DNA of 63,428 nt, counting the filler, from Circinaria calcarea (lineage: Eukaryota): NCBI GenBank assembly GCA_051942165.1. It is 22 parts of 22 records of this genome, joined end to end, with 100 filler letters (N's around TTAATTAATTAA, not from the genome) between each part and the next. Parts side by side here need not be neighbours in the genome. Positions count along the whole stretch, not along the records: positions 23,178 to 25,970 come from JAVECS010003252.1; positions 26,071 to 28,861 come from JAVECS010003253.1; positions 28,962 to 31,751 come from JAVECS010003254.1; positions 31,852 to 34,637 come from JAVECS010003255.1; positions 34,738 to 37,522 come from JAVECS010003256.1; 17 more parts are not named here. One strand, given 5' to 3'. Both the position numbers and the translations under genes were made by a program. The notes below the pieces were generated by a model. That model was not told the DNA's origin and made no database searches. It was given only the letters and a program-made list of their open reading frames with translations. Below are positions 23,178 through 35,297 of this stretch, piece after piece. Each line of letters opens with the position of its first letter. Position 1 is the first letter of the stretch.

Positions 23178-25157
23178 ACAAATGCTGCGGATCTTCAACG
23201 TATTTGCAACGACGGCTGTGATGTTGATCTCGACACTGCGCTTGCGACGATACCATTAGGTGGCTCAGCTGAAAAGGCCGTATATTGGATACATCGAGAT
23301 AATCTAGTGCAAATTCATGTTCTTTTACTCCAATACACGAGGCTCAGAAATAGAAATCAGGGTTCTGCTTCCTCCTACAGCAGTCCCGAGTCATCCCGGA
23401 GAGGCTCTGCTAATGGGTCGACGGCCGAATATATAGCCAGAGGCAATGAAGTTGGCACTATAGTGTGTGATGACCCACAAAGATTTGCGAAACGCCGAAA
23501 CAGCATAACTATAAGCGATATTGAACGTCGACCGGGAGCTCCTATAGAGGAAGCAGCCGTCACTATAAGGTATTCCCATTCTGGGGAGGCGATTGTGACT
23601 GCTGGAATGGCCCACACTAAAACTTCCAATACGTCCGTCTTGGAGCTCGGCGAGCCGGTGAGGAAAGTGAGAGTGAAGCGCAAAGCGTTGCGCGAACTCT
23701 TTGATCTTGAAAATCCATCCTCGTCAAGGCCACCGCAGGATTCTGTGAACGCCGACCGTATAGCAATCCCAAGTACCAAGGATGCATCGAAACAAGAATA
23801 CGATAAAATAAAGGAATGGTTACAGGAACACCGAGAAATCCAGCCATTGGTTCATCTACGTGGTAGTCGAACTAGGTTCATTGGGCTTGGGAATAACGAA
23901 ACCAGCGGTGTGTGGGCAACACTAGATAAAGACATCTCCATGAAGAAGTCATCTCGCCAGGATATACAGAGCCTCTCGAGATCGCCTGCAGTCAACGACG
24001 ACCTTTCTTCCAACAAGTTCCCGCATGCTATCCTCGAGGTCAGACGAGAAGGCAAAGACGGTTTGGATCTTATTAGGGCTCTAGACGATAGCCATTTCAC
24101 AGAGCGAGTCCGTGGCTTTTCATTGGAGACGCACGCTATTGCAAAATTGTGTAAGCCTGCGGGCATGCCAGCTCCGTCTTGGCTACCTCTACTTGATCGA
24201 GATATACGAAAAGTTCCAAGTAACGTTTCGACGCTGCATCGACATTCATCGATGAGTCGGCGCTCTTCCGAGCGTGCAAGCACTCAGCCAACCTCAAACT
24301 CTGCTACATCGCTGATCAAGAGTCCTTCTGGCAGTGGATTCTCTGCTGTTGCAGTCGAGTCACCCGCAACATCTGTGCCAGACCAGCTCGAAGCGCCACC
24401 ACTAAGAGCATTTAAGAAAAAACGGCGAAGCCGCAAAGCCAATCCTCTTCGCAAACAAATCAGCCTTTCCCAAAAACAGCGGTATTGGAACGAATTCGAT
24501 GATGGTGATGAGGCTATGGAGAACGAAACGTATACGATCTTCGTCGATCCCGACTCATCGAGTAATTTCCTTGGTGGGCCTACAGTGACGAAGCTCTTCA
24601 ACATCGTTTCCGCAAAAGTCAAATCCCGCTTGGAGAAAGCTAAATCATGGTTACGATCATCCTCGTCAAGGAAAGATCAAAGTCAGCAACCACCACCCAG
24701 AGACGACTATTTCACCCAACGTCCTTCAGCGGAAGATTCCGACCTTGACTCATCCTCTTCCACCGAAGATATCCTTCCGTCCAACGGGAATGCACGGCGC
24801 TACTCCACCTTTTCACGTCCCCCTATGCGACAGTCAGCATCTAGCATTCAAGCACGTCGCGTCCGGGCGACCCTTCTCCTCCGCTGCTGTCTCCTCTCTT
24901 TCCTTGCCTCGTTTGCCTTTCTTCTGATAGCCGGTATCCTCGAAGTCACCCGCAGGCATAGATATATCGTTGCGGCCGATATCGGTAGCCTAGTGGGGAT
25001 GGTTGCGAGTCTTTTACTCGCGGCTATCGGAGTAGGGATGATGGCTGTTAGGAAAAAGGATGCGGGGCGGATGCAGTGGGGATTCGTGTTGCTGGGTGCG
25101 GTGACTGTAGGTTTGATCAATACGGTTCTGGCGGTTCATCTGATACGCGGGATGTGA
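23178..25157 (+). CDS. VTC-like domain protein with C-terminal TM helices (SPX/VTC-type), 5' truncated
   Basis: YWIHRDNLVQ, FPHAILEVRREG, ERVRGFSLETHA, RYWNEFDDG, and three terminal hydrophobic helices. Confidence 0.78.
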   Translation, partial: TNAADLQRICNDGCDVDLDTALATIPLGGSAEKAVYWIHRDNLVQIHVLLLQYTRLRNRNQGSASSYSSPESSRRGSANGSTAEYIARGNEVGTIVCDDPQRFAKRRNSITISDIERRPGAPIEEAAVTIRYSHSGEAIVTAGMAHTKTSNTSVLELGEPVRKVRVKRKALRELFDLENPSSSRPPQDSVNADRIAIPSTKDASKQEYDKIKEWLQEHREIQPLVHLRGSRTRFIGLGNNETSGVWATLDKDISMKKSSRQDIQSLSRSPAVNDDLSSNKFPHAILEVRREGKDGLDLIRALDDSHFTERVRGFSLETHAIAKLCKPAGMPAPSWLPLLDRDIRKVPSNVSTLHRHSSMSRRSSERASTQPTSNSATSLIKSPSGSGFSAVAVESPATSVPDQLEAPPLRAFKKKRRSRKANPLRKQISLSQKQRYWNEFDDGDEAMENETYTIFVDPDSSSNFLGGPTVTKLFNIVSAKVKSRLEKAKSWLRSSSSRKDQSQQPPPRDDYFTQRPSAEDSDLDSSSSTEDILPSNGNARRYSTFSRPPMRQSASSIQARRVRATLLLRCCLLSFLASFAFLLIAGILEVTRRHRYIVAADIGSLVGMVASLLLAAIGVGMMAVRKKDAGRMQWGFVLLGAVTVGLINTVLAVHLIRGM

Positions 25158-26070
25158 TGGTTGAGTTTTGGAAGAGGGATTCCTTTTTCGGATAGATCAG
25201 ATGAAACTCATTTGCGTTTACGTTGGCATTGGCATTGACTTGGGCCGGGCTTATTGTGTCTTTGGGATTTTGCATTTGCATTACGCACATTAGCGATACC
25301 CTATCCCCTTGTACGCCTACATGGCCATTGTTTTGTTGGGGGGGTGTGAGGAGGTTTGGAGCAAGGCAGCGGTATGTACGGGCACCGCTTTACACCCATA
25401 TGCCGTATGGGGTTTGTACAGTTATAGGAGCAGCACTTGTGGTTGTATATGGAAATTCTTAAAGATTGTATACATTTCAAGTATATAAAATCCGGAAGAT
25501 TTCTCAAAACTTGAAATTACGTTGAAAGGGGTAGGTAGATGAATTCCCCCCCCCCCTGGAAGTTATTGAATGGAAGTTGTAATCAATCTTTGTCTTTTTT
25601 TTTCCTTGGGTTTGTTAGAGGGGGGGAATTTAGAAGGAGAGAGAGAGAGGGAGGGGAGATGAGTTGGTGTGAAAGCGGAAGCAGAAGCAGAGAGAAGGAG
25701 AGGAGGAGGGAGGAGGTTGTTTTACACTATTTTCATCTTGTTGTTCTGTAGTTCGTTTTTAGTGTCGTTTTTGTTTTGGGGATTTTAACTTTACTTTACT
25801 TTATTTTGACTTGACTTGACTTGGATAATAGACGAAATGGAATGGAATGGAAGTGAGTGAGTAAGTAGGCAGGTAGGGATGAGGGATGAGGGATGGGGCG
25901 GTAAAGATAAGTAAAAGTTGTGAGTATGGGTTAAGTGGATCCCTCTGGGGGGGGGGAGAAACGACTCAATNNNNNNNNNNNNNNNNNNNNNNNNNNNNNN
26001 NNNNNNNNNNNNNNTTAATTAATTAANNNNNNNNNNNNNNNNNNNNNNNNNNNNNNNNNNNNNNNNNNNN

Positions 26071-26933
26071 TATACCCTTCACCATGACGGCATCGTCCAT
26101 TCCTACTCCTCCATCATCCCCTTCTCCGATCCAGCTTACCGAAATATGCTGCGCCCACTCGCCGTCTCAGCCGTAACAAAGCAGATCTCGCAACAAGTGT
26201 ATGAACATGCACGGGAGGGAAGATTGGTACTCACCCTCGGTGGAGATCATAGCATTGCCATTGGTACAATTGCTGGAACAGCCAAGGCGATTCGAGAGAG
26301 ACTGGGAGGCAAAGAAATGGCGGTGATCTGGGTGGATGCGCATGCGGATATCAACACCCCCGAAACAAGCGAGAGTGGTAACATCCATGGGATGCCGGTG
26401 GCATTCTTGACGGGGCTAGCGAACGAGACGAGAGAAGATGTGTTCGGATGGCTAGGTTCAGAAGCTCAAATAAATCTGAAAAAGCTGGTGTATGTAGGAT
26501 TGCGAGATGTGGACAGGGGCGAAAAGAAGATTTTGCGGGAACATGGGATAAAAGCTTTTAGTATGCATGATATTGACAAGTACGGACCTCTAATCTTGAA
26601 AGTAAACTGTTGCCGCTAACGATGTTTAGACATGGAATTGGAAAAGTCATGGAGATGGTCTTGGATCACATCGGTACCGAAACTCCCATCCATCTATCAT
26701 TCGACGTCGATGCTTTGGATCCGCAATGGGCGCCCAGTACCGGCACGCCCGTCCGAGGTGGTCTTACCTTGCGAGAGGGCGACTATATCGCCGAGTGTGT
26801 GCATGAGACTGGAAGTCTGGTTGCGATGGACCTCGTGGAAGTAAACCCTTCATTAGAAGCAGTTGGAGCTCCCGAGACTATCAGAGCAGGGTGCTCATTG
26901 GTAAGGTGTGCTTTGGGGGATACTCTCTTATGA
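26071..26933 (+). CDS. car1: Arginase, 5' truncated, intron 26580-26629
   Basis: [46 protein letters not shown]. Confidence 0.97.
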
Positions 26934-27439
26934 GGATCGTATTTTGCTATGCGCTAGATACACCGCTCAACAGGGATGCAAATTAACTCATGACCCTATG
27001 CTTTCTACAAGCGCCTGAATGATGGTGTTAACATCGTGTCAAGCTAGCGTAGGTCCCGAAGATGAAAAATCCGCCCTAGGAATCAACATCAATGCTAAAC
27101 AGCACTTCGAGCCGCATTACCTGGAGTGAGTCAGAGGTGATGCTGAAGCCAAATTGCAGCGACGCTATTTGCAACCGACTTCAGTCAAATTTCCTTTAGA
27201 TTCCATGAGTCAGCCCGCACTATATTCACGTTTCCCTACTTCACACCGACCACATAAAAAGACCACAGCTACCATAATTCGATCCGCTCTGTTGTATTTT
27301 TTTTACAAACACTCTACCTGACCAACTGTAATAGCTCATCTTATTATGTTACGTTCCTCAACGTTATTTCCGGCCTGGGGGCCTCCGTCTAGCCAATTCC
27401 AGCGATATTCTTAACGGTCGTTTACGAGATTAAGGCATC

Positions 27440-28500
27440 TCATAATTGGGCGGGGATATAACCGGGGGCCAATTCAGAAACGGTTGGCTATAGGATTTTA
27501 TCTTGCAAAAGGACAATCTCTTACCGAAACATGTCTGTCTTCGCATCTATCTATGGGACCCAGAAATCCAAAAGATCCCAAGGTGTCCAGCATGAGTTCG
27601 GGTTCTACTTTGATAAGCTGCTCCCTCGTTTTCGGCGAGTCGGTGATTGAGCGATAATTTGATCATTCCACGCGATAGCTTTCTCAATAGAAGGACCAAA
27701 TGGAGTGAGTGCACTTGGGTGTGGTTTACGATTTCACACGGATTTGGACCTCAGGTATTTACCAGATCAATAATGACGATGATGCTGAGGGAAATTCACT
27801 GTGTATTAGTTTATTACAAAGTTGCTAGAAGCGTTCTGGAAGGCTTGAGCTTCTCGCACTCGAGTGGAATTTGTCATGGGAGTACGCAAACACGCTTTCT
27901 GTTACGATCAATCTATCACGGTTGTTACTGACCTGATCTTGACCAGCCGTTCATAATTCTAAGATGGTCATCACGTGTCCTTATCCCGAGGCCTATGACA
28001 AAGCGAAGGTGATGTCGTTCTTCGGACTATCGACGGGGGAAGCCTCTTCCGAAAGGCCACATGGGCTTCATGTACGGACGATTAAGCACGCTCCCGGCCC
28101 AATGCGAACTGCATAGATGTGGTTAATCTTCTCAATTATTCTGGTGCGGCTGCAGCAGGGGAGCCTTCAAATCTACAGTTTGGACTCAAATTGCAAAAGT
28201 CTCGGAGAAGGTATTTGAGGTTTTGCAACTCAATTTCATACTAAGCAGTGAATAGCTTTCTATATGGACGACCCCAGTCCGTATGCCAGTGCCTACCTCT
28301 ACATATATGCCCTCCCGCCCCCAGAGCTTCTCTTCCACGAGCCTTTTGGCTTACCGGTCGATGTTTGGACGATGGGTCTCATCTTGCTCAAACTTGCCAG
28401 TCACAACCGTGATTATGTTGAGCATTTGTACAGCGATCGGCCAACGCCTGCGACGAAGCTTTGGGTAACCGCAAGTACTCGGGCGAGCTTCCCCCCGAAT
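27440..28500 (+). pseudogene. Degraded SRPK/Sky1-like protein kinase (start approximate)
   Basis: Frameshifted remnants FSIEGPNG, HLGVVY, VARSVLEGLSFSHSSGICHG and PPELLFHEPFGLPVDVWTMG. Confidence 0.72.
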
Positions 28501-28569
28501 GGAGCTCCCGCGACTATCAGAGCAGGCTGCTCGCTGGTAAGATGTGCTTTGGGAAACACTCTGTTGTAA
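28501..28569 (+). repeat. Diverged direct copy of the last 23 codons of arginase (26865-26933)
   Basis: 58/69 nt identical by manual alignment. [22 protein letters not shown] versus [22 protein letters not shown]. Confidence 0.95.
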
Positions 28570-28961
28570 AAGATATATGTTAGTGTAATCCGGATAAATG
28601 GTGTCGTTCGAATAAACACATAATACTTTCAAGTATGTACCTCGCCTTGATTTGGTGGTAGATCTCCCTAAACACCAGAGATTATATGATAATCATTGCT
28701 CGAGTGATCCTCTCTCATGGTGATACGCAGTGCTAGCGCCTTTAGAGATCATCCACGCTGACAACCTTCTTCTGCTCATACTGTGCAGGCACAATATCTG
28801 GGTCTTTGAATAATTTTCTAGAGATTTGGTTTTGGCGTATGGTAACAATCTCAGGTTCCGTNNNNNNNNNNNNNNNNNNNNNNNNNNNNNNNNNNNNNNN
28901 NNNNNTTAATTAATTAANNNNNNNNNNNNNNNNNNNNNNNNNNNNNNNNNNNNNNNNNNNN

Positions 28962-29665
28962 GAGGGGAAGGGTCCAAAAGTTGATTGAGTGTCTTACACT
29001 GTGTCAAGCTATTGGCGATGACGGAAAGGGTGTAACCGAAAGCCAAGAAAAGATTAAGCCACCATCCGATGCGAAAGGATTGCGTGCTTGTCATGAAAAA
29101 CCGGCGGTACAGCAGGAGGATTGAAAGCTTGATGGTAAAAGTAATCAGTGAGTAGTTAAGCTTATAAGCCACGAATCCCTAACATTCCCGTCGTTAGTAG
29201 CGATCTAATCGAAGTTCCACTAGCCTCAAGATCCCCAAATGCTACCTTTTTGATCTTTGTCATATCATAGCTTGTCAGGGCGAGATGCCGTAGGCCCATA
29301 CCATAACGGGTTACTGTCAACAAGTACTTTAGTTAGGGATTCAACTTTACATATATAAATTTTTGGAGAACAATCTCACCGACAATAGTTTCGGCGACAA
29401 AGGGGAAGAATAGTAACTAGAACATTGCCCTGATTAGCTTGATCTTCTACGCTCATTCATCTCTGTTGGAACCTACCAGGGACAGCATCGCCAGATAATC
29501 ATCAGCAGCCAGATTAACGCGCTTGATTCGCCTTGCAATAACTCGCAAGACCACAGCAGTTATACATAACACCGTAAGCATCGAACAAACACCATAGATA
29601 ACTGGTCTCTGATCGTTGTGAATATGTGCTTTGTAGTAGATCACCTGTGCTGGAGAAAGAGACAT
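28962..29665 (-). CDS. Pth11-like (fungal rhodopsin-domain) membrane protein, 5' part
   Basis: VVLRVIARR...AADDY, YGMG..H, IKLSILLLYRRFF, QC. Short introns. Confidence 0.88.
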
Positions 29666-30667
29666 GGTCAACAACTACACCCTAGGATGGAGAAACTACC
29701 GCCTATGTTCTTCGGCAATAGTATGTAAGAGAGAGATACTCTGAATGCGAGACAGGATAGTAGATTGACAGCAAGCTTGCTGGTGTCCTTCACAGGAAAG
29801 TTGCTCGCTTTCGCCAGGCAAATCCTGCGCCTTTATTCCCCCACCTAATTGTCAGGTCCTGTATAACCTGAGGCATGAATAATAAGAGTATCATAGGTGC
29901 CGCACATTGATTCATGCAGCTAGGGACAGCCTCGTTCAGCGTCAAGAGGAGCTTCGACGACCCACCTACTCTGTGGTAGTTTATTGGCAGCCTGCCGTGC
30001 CTCTATATCGATCGACCTTCTGTTGGCCCTAAAGAGTCCAGCCAACCACATATGAAGTAGGGATATATTGAATGTGGGCATAGCTGCGGTCTACTTGAAT
30101 GAGGCGATTAAACGAGTGTGCCATCTGCCTAATGGCATTCTCGATGTAAGCCTGCCTTTTCAAACCTGAGCCTAGCTGAACGGTAGGCGAAGCTCCTAAC
30201 GCGGTCCGCCAGTATGAGGAACACAGGCGAGAGCGGTAGGATCTCATTTTTCATCCAAGTAGTTTAGACGCAGTAGATTTATCAAAACTTCGGCTTCAAA
30301 GCTGTACACAAGACGTGCTGTCAAAATATTTCGGATGCATATTCTGCGGTGGGTTGCATAATGAAGGCCCCACCTAGATGACCGTTTGAGGGGCTGTTAT
30401 ATTGTGTCACATTCTGCTTCTGCAGCTGTGCCTCTACTGATGAGTTTTCCAGGAAAGCTATCAGGAGATCCGGCAGTTGAAGCCGTTTGAAAGTATAATT
30501 ACATACGTCGTATCCTTGCCCAATCAACTGCATTTGATCACATGTAATTTATTCATCTAAAGCTAGCGTCGATTTTATACTCAATCCTATTCTCTTTGCT
30601 AAATACCAGTTGTCACCAGTTTCTAATGCGACTGGAGTAATAAAAGCTTGGGAGTAGTTATAGTCGA

Positions 30668-31751
30668 CTATTTCATTCTGGTGGCGATATCCCTCGCCAC
30701 ATATATTTGCCCATACAAATCGGTTACATCCACAAATGTCCGGATTGCCTTCATGGTCTCCTTATCGAGCAGTTTCCCTAGCTTCTCCATGGTCAAGTCT
30801 AGACAGCCCCGCTCATAGGCTGCTATAGTTAACAAACTTTCCTTAATCCTCAGCATCGGAAAGATGTCATTATCCTTGCTTAACTTGTCCCCATCAGCAC
30901 GACTAGTCACCGAGCCGCCTTGCAGATCTGAAGGAGCATCGCTACTAGTCGTGCTACCGTCTGATTCGGTGGCCGCCTCCGCGAACTCCGGGAAATTGAC
31001 ACTATTGAGGTTCTGCTCCAAACGGTCACGTTCAATGGAGCCGTAGTCGTTATACTGACGGCACATGGTGGCGAGATGGCGATATAGGGCTTGGAGGAAG
31101 TAGTGCTGCTCGACGCCGGTGAAACATGATAAACCTGAGGGGGCGATGAGGCAAGTGAAGAAGACGAAGGAGTAAGGGCAACTGGTGTGGTCGGCCGAGG
31201 TAGTACGGACCCATTCGAAATATGGAGTACGGGGGCTAGAGAAGAAGGTAGGAGCAGACAGGGTAGGGGTCACCGCTTGGGCACCGAAGCGGAAATTGTC
31301 CCTGATTTGGGCTAGATGCGCGAGGAGGAATCTGGAGAGCTCGAAGGCCAAGAGGGACCGAACGGCAGACGGCGCACTGAGGGAGGCGGGGTGCTCGAGA
31401 ACATGGTTTACGAATCTCGAGAGGCAGGTTTCGATCTTAGACAGGCAGGAGCCTGGGGTGTCGCCATTTGTTTCAGTGGTAAGGATCACACCGTCCCTAT
31501 CTTTATCTTGAAGCTCGAAATCCTGAGATTGTGTCGCATCTCGTGTGTGATAGCCATTCGTAGCCTGTTTTTGCGTAGAAACACCGCAGAGGCGACAAAC
31601 CATCTTTTCAACAGCTTCAAGCCCTGGTTCATGAAGCTGTGCTACAACATCTTCCATGTATTCGTCGGCTTGGTAGTTAAGCATAGAGATAATCATCATA
31701 TCCCATATGACTCTGTTCGAGAGACTATTTCCATTCAGGTTATTGCACGCC
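30668..31751 (-). CDS. Fungal CPS/KS-type diterpene synthase, class I C-terminal domain (5' truncated)
   Basis: SMLNYQADEYME, HTSCPYSF, HLATMCRQYNDYGSIERD..E.NLNSVNFPEF, VTDLYGQIYVARD. Confidence 0.92.
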
Positions 31752-31851
31752 NNNNNNNNNNNNNNNNNNNNNNNNNNNNNNNNNNNNNNNNNNNNTTAAT
31801 TAATTAANNNNNNNNNNNNNNNNNNNNNNNNNNNNNNNNNNNNNNNNNNNN

Positions 31852-33113
31852 GAGGATTGAGAAGAAGTTGGCACCGGAGATGAAAGTGATGATGAGTGTT
31901 AGGACAAGAGTACGAGGAGCCTGCTTTATGCGTTTGGGAAACATGGGATATTTGGCAAATTTGGCCTCCCATACGCAGAAGATCACAAGGAAAACGAAAC
32001 CAAGGATGAGTGGAACTAGGACGTGGGCAGAGCTCCAAGGGTACTGGAAGTCATTAGATTTTTGCAAAGCTCTCAAATGTAGGGAAAGAACTCACTTGAT
32101 ACCCTCCCCATTGCATGCCACAGACAAACAGTAGCATGCCAACGATACTAAAGAAGCCTCCCACAAAGTCAATTTGACCGATGACTTCTTTCCTGGTCAA
32201 TCCCTGCGAGTTGACTCTTGGAGGTGGGAAGTAGAAGAAGAGCGTCATGAAAAGCCCAATGGCGGCCCAAACACCACAGAGTAGACCGCAATATCTCCAT
32301 CCAGCATGGGAAGCGATTAATTGTGCCCAGAGCACGGACGGACAGAACGGAACAATCGTGAAGATCAAGACGGCCACATATTTACCACGCTTTCGAGTAG
32401 GTGCCAGTTCCGATGTGGCTGCTAGGGCTGTGAGTTCGTTGATGCCTGCTCCAACACCAGCTAGAGCCATTCCACCTAGAATGATGTCAGAAATGGCTTT
32501 GTAAAAATACATCATATCACTCACCGATGAACACATTCATGGTATGGGCTGTTGAGCAGACAATCATCCCTATGACAATGAACAATGCACCAGTCAAAGC
32601 AACATATCGTCGTCCCATAAGGTCAGATAAAGAACCCACGAATGGGCAAATTGCCGCAAGAGCAAGCAAGTTGGCCAAAACCTACCTCCCATTAGAAAAG
32701 AGATCTCTGGTAATAAATAAAGCCGAGCAATACTTACGAACCAGATCCATCGATCCGTGCCTCCAATATCACGATAGATGTACGGGGGAACGCCGCCAAA
32801 GATGTAGACGGGAATCTGAGAGCCGGTCCAGAGGAAAGCCATGGCAATCAGAGACATCATTCTACTGAAAGACATCTGGACAAGCCCCAGAGTCAGTTCA
32901 TCGTTACCAATACTTGGCTTTGGTCTATTCTACCGGTGGCTCATGGTCGTGATCCTCATCGTCGCCATAAGTCCTCAACCCATTTTTCTCGTAATAAGCC
33001 GGATGGCCTGGTACCCGCTCGTCGATGTGGATTGTTTCGATGTGAGCGTCAACGGTCTTCTTCTCTTCAACAGGCGTTGAGACCGACGCCTCTGAAGTGG
33101 AGGAATGCACCAT
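31852..33113 (-). CDS. MFS efflux transporter, TRI12-like family, 5' part
   Basis: MAFLWTGSQIP, GSLSDLMGRRY, GAGINELTALAATSELAP, FYFPPPR, QWGGYQYPWSSAHV. Confidence 0.88.
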
Positions 33114-34139
33114 GGCGCCGACAAATCTTTCCGCAAAGATTGATCTGGATGGCTATGCGCCTTAGTTCCGAAGTGATGGAAGATGTAGAGACTGCTATGA
33201 TGTCCACATGGAAGAAGAAGAACGACCTCTGTGGATGATAGCGGCGGGAAAGGGAGAGAAGTACCATGCACGTGCGGGGATATTGATTGATTACTCCGTA
33301 GTCTCAGATCAGCCGCAAATCCAGCGCCATTCACTCATAATTCACCCGAGTCCCGGCCCTTGAAATTGTAGCCGGGCCAGCCAAAGGAACAGCGCCCCGG
33401 GATAGCCGTTAAGAAAATGGTAGAATGTCAGCCCTCGGTAGTGGCTATTTGGAGTTAGTCGATAGCCAATCCTTAGATCCCACCGCTGCCTTTAGCCGAG
33501 GTTGCAATGATGCGGGGTACTACTATCGGACAGAAAGGAGCATCTGGAAGAGGAAACGTCGAGAATAATTCAATTCAAAGGTAGTGGGAGGGGGTTCGGA
33601 AATCATCAATGAATTTCTTCTCTTCCACCAGTCCCAGGCAAAAATGACGAGATGTGAAGACAAAAAACAATCTTCCACGCTGAGCTCTTGACTAGGCGGC
33701 GGCAGAGGGAACAACCCACCGTCTCGTTAATACCAAACACTATGCAATGTGCCGCAACACGGCCTATCAGTCCTAGCCGTCAAATCCAGCGTAATCCACA
33801 GAAAAGGGATGACCCAATTCCCATTCACGCGGTCGCACGTATTCGGATACCCATTTTCTCAAAATAGGATCCGTGTATCCAGAAACAGCTGGCCTCAAGG
33901 CATCGTAGCATCAATTCCCGGGTATATTATTGACCCATCGGTTCATTGCCTCGCATCGCCCCAATAGACGCCATCTGCTATTGTGTTGTGTAGTGAACGC
34001 CCTATACGTGCAGTGTTGATCTCTTATCAAGTATTGTCCTTGATATTGGAAAGTGTTGAACTTTACGAGGTCTGTAGATACTCGATAAATTGCGTTGTAA
34101 TTGGGCGCTGTGTTATATTTTCTATTACGTATTCACAAT

Positions 34140-34637
34140 ACAGTAAATAAAGCAATTCGTGTATAGTATTTCAGTATGGGCGAAATCTATATAAAGTATA
34201 AAGAGTTTATAGAATAAAAATATGAAAATAATATTTTTTATATATATTTCACCATATTAATTACTCGCGTAATAACTCACGTAAATATATATTCCTATAT
34301 ATATATATTTAATTTAATATACCCCTTTTATTATTTATTTTAATAATATAATAATTTAATTAATTTAAATTAATAGAATTTAAAATTTTAATAAAATACG
34401 CGTGGCGCTGCTATTATGGCGCCAGCGTTATTATATAAATTAGGGCTTAATAAGGCTAGCCCCGGAGGCGGTGGAACCCGCGACCGGTATTTAATATATT
34501 TAATATATTTATATAAATAAATAAAGTGAATAGAATAAATATAAAATTTAATATATTTAATATATTTATAAAAATAAATAGAGTGAATAAAATAAATAAA
34601 AAATTATATATAATAAATTATTCCCGTTCTTTAAAAT
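34140..34637. repeat. RIP-like AT-rich relic containing a mutated LTR-B terminus at 34412
   Basis: TATTATGGCGCCAGC at 34412 equals the reverse complement of 8213-8227. The surroundings are TpA-rich. Confidence 0.75.
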
Positions 34638-34737
34638 NNNNNNNNNNNNNNNNNNNNNNNNNNNNNNNNNNNNNNNNNNNNTTAATTAATTAANNNNNNN
34701 NNNNNNNNNNNNNNNNNNNNNNNNNNNNNNNNNNNNN

Positions 34738-35297
34738 GGACATCAAGTTCCCACGGGCCCGGTCGCAAATCCTCAATCGCGACCTCCTTTCAGTCTTCGT
34801 CCCCCTCCCAAGCAGCAGGACGCGACCGCAGTCTCAGCCCGTCCGCCTCCGACTCCCAACCCGACCTTTCCCTCTCCCTCAGCACGCATGCTAACGGCCT
34901 TGACGAGCGAAAACATAACGGCACCCTCTTCGGCATGATCCGGCGCACCTCCCAGAACGTCGGCACCCAGCTCGCCACCTCCCTGAACACCTACCTCCCT
35001 TCCACCATCTCCGAGATGTGGGAACCCGCGCGCGATTTCGCCTGGTGCAAGATCCCCAAGGCGCCGCCTTCTACCGCTGCAGGAGCCGGGTCCGGCGGAG
35101 GAGGAAGCGGAGGGGCGCCGTTACGGAGTGTGGTGGCGATGAGCGCCAATCGCCCTCAAGTCATGGTCGTGACGAGCGAGGGGCACTTTTATGTGTTTAA
35201 CATTGATTTGGAACATGGGGGCGAGGGGTCGCTTTATAAGGTTTACGAGGTCGGAGGGGAGAGCGAGAGGTTGGGGGCTAGTATGATTGAGGATTGA
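34738..35297 (+). CDS. atg18: Autophagy PROPPIN Atg18, C-terminus
   Basis: [58 protein letters not shown]. Confidence 0.93.

Noticed and set aside
30668..33113. Diterpene synthase plus TRI12-like pump as one gene cluster
   Set aside because: They are separated by an artificial spacer, and contigs are ordered by length only.
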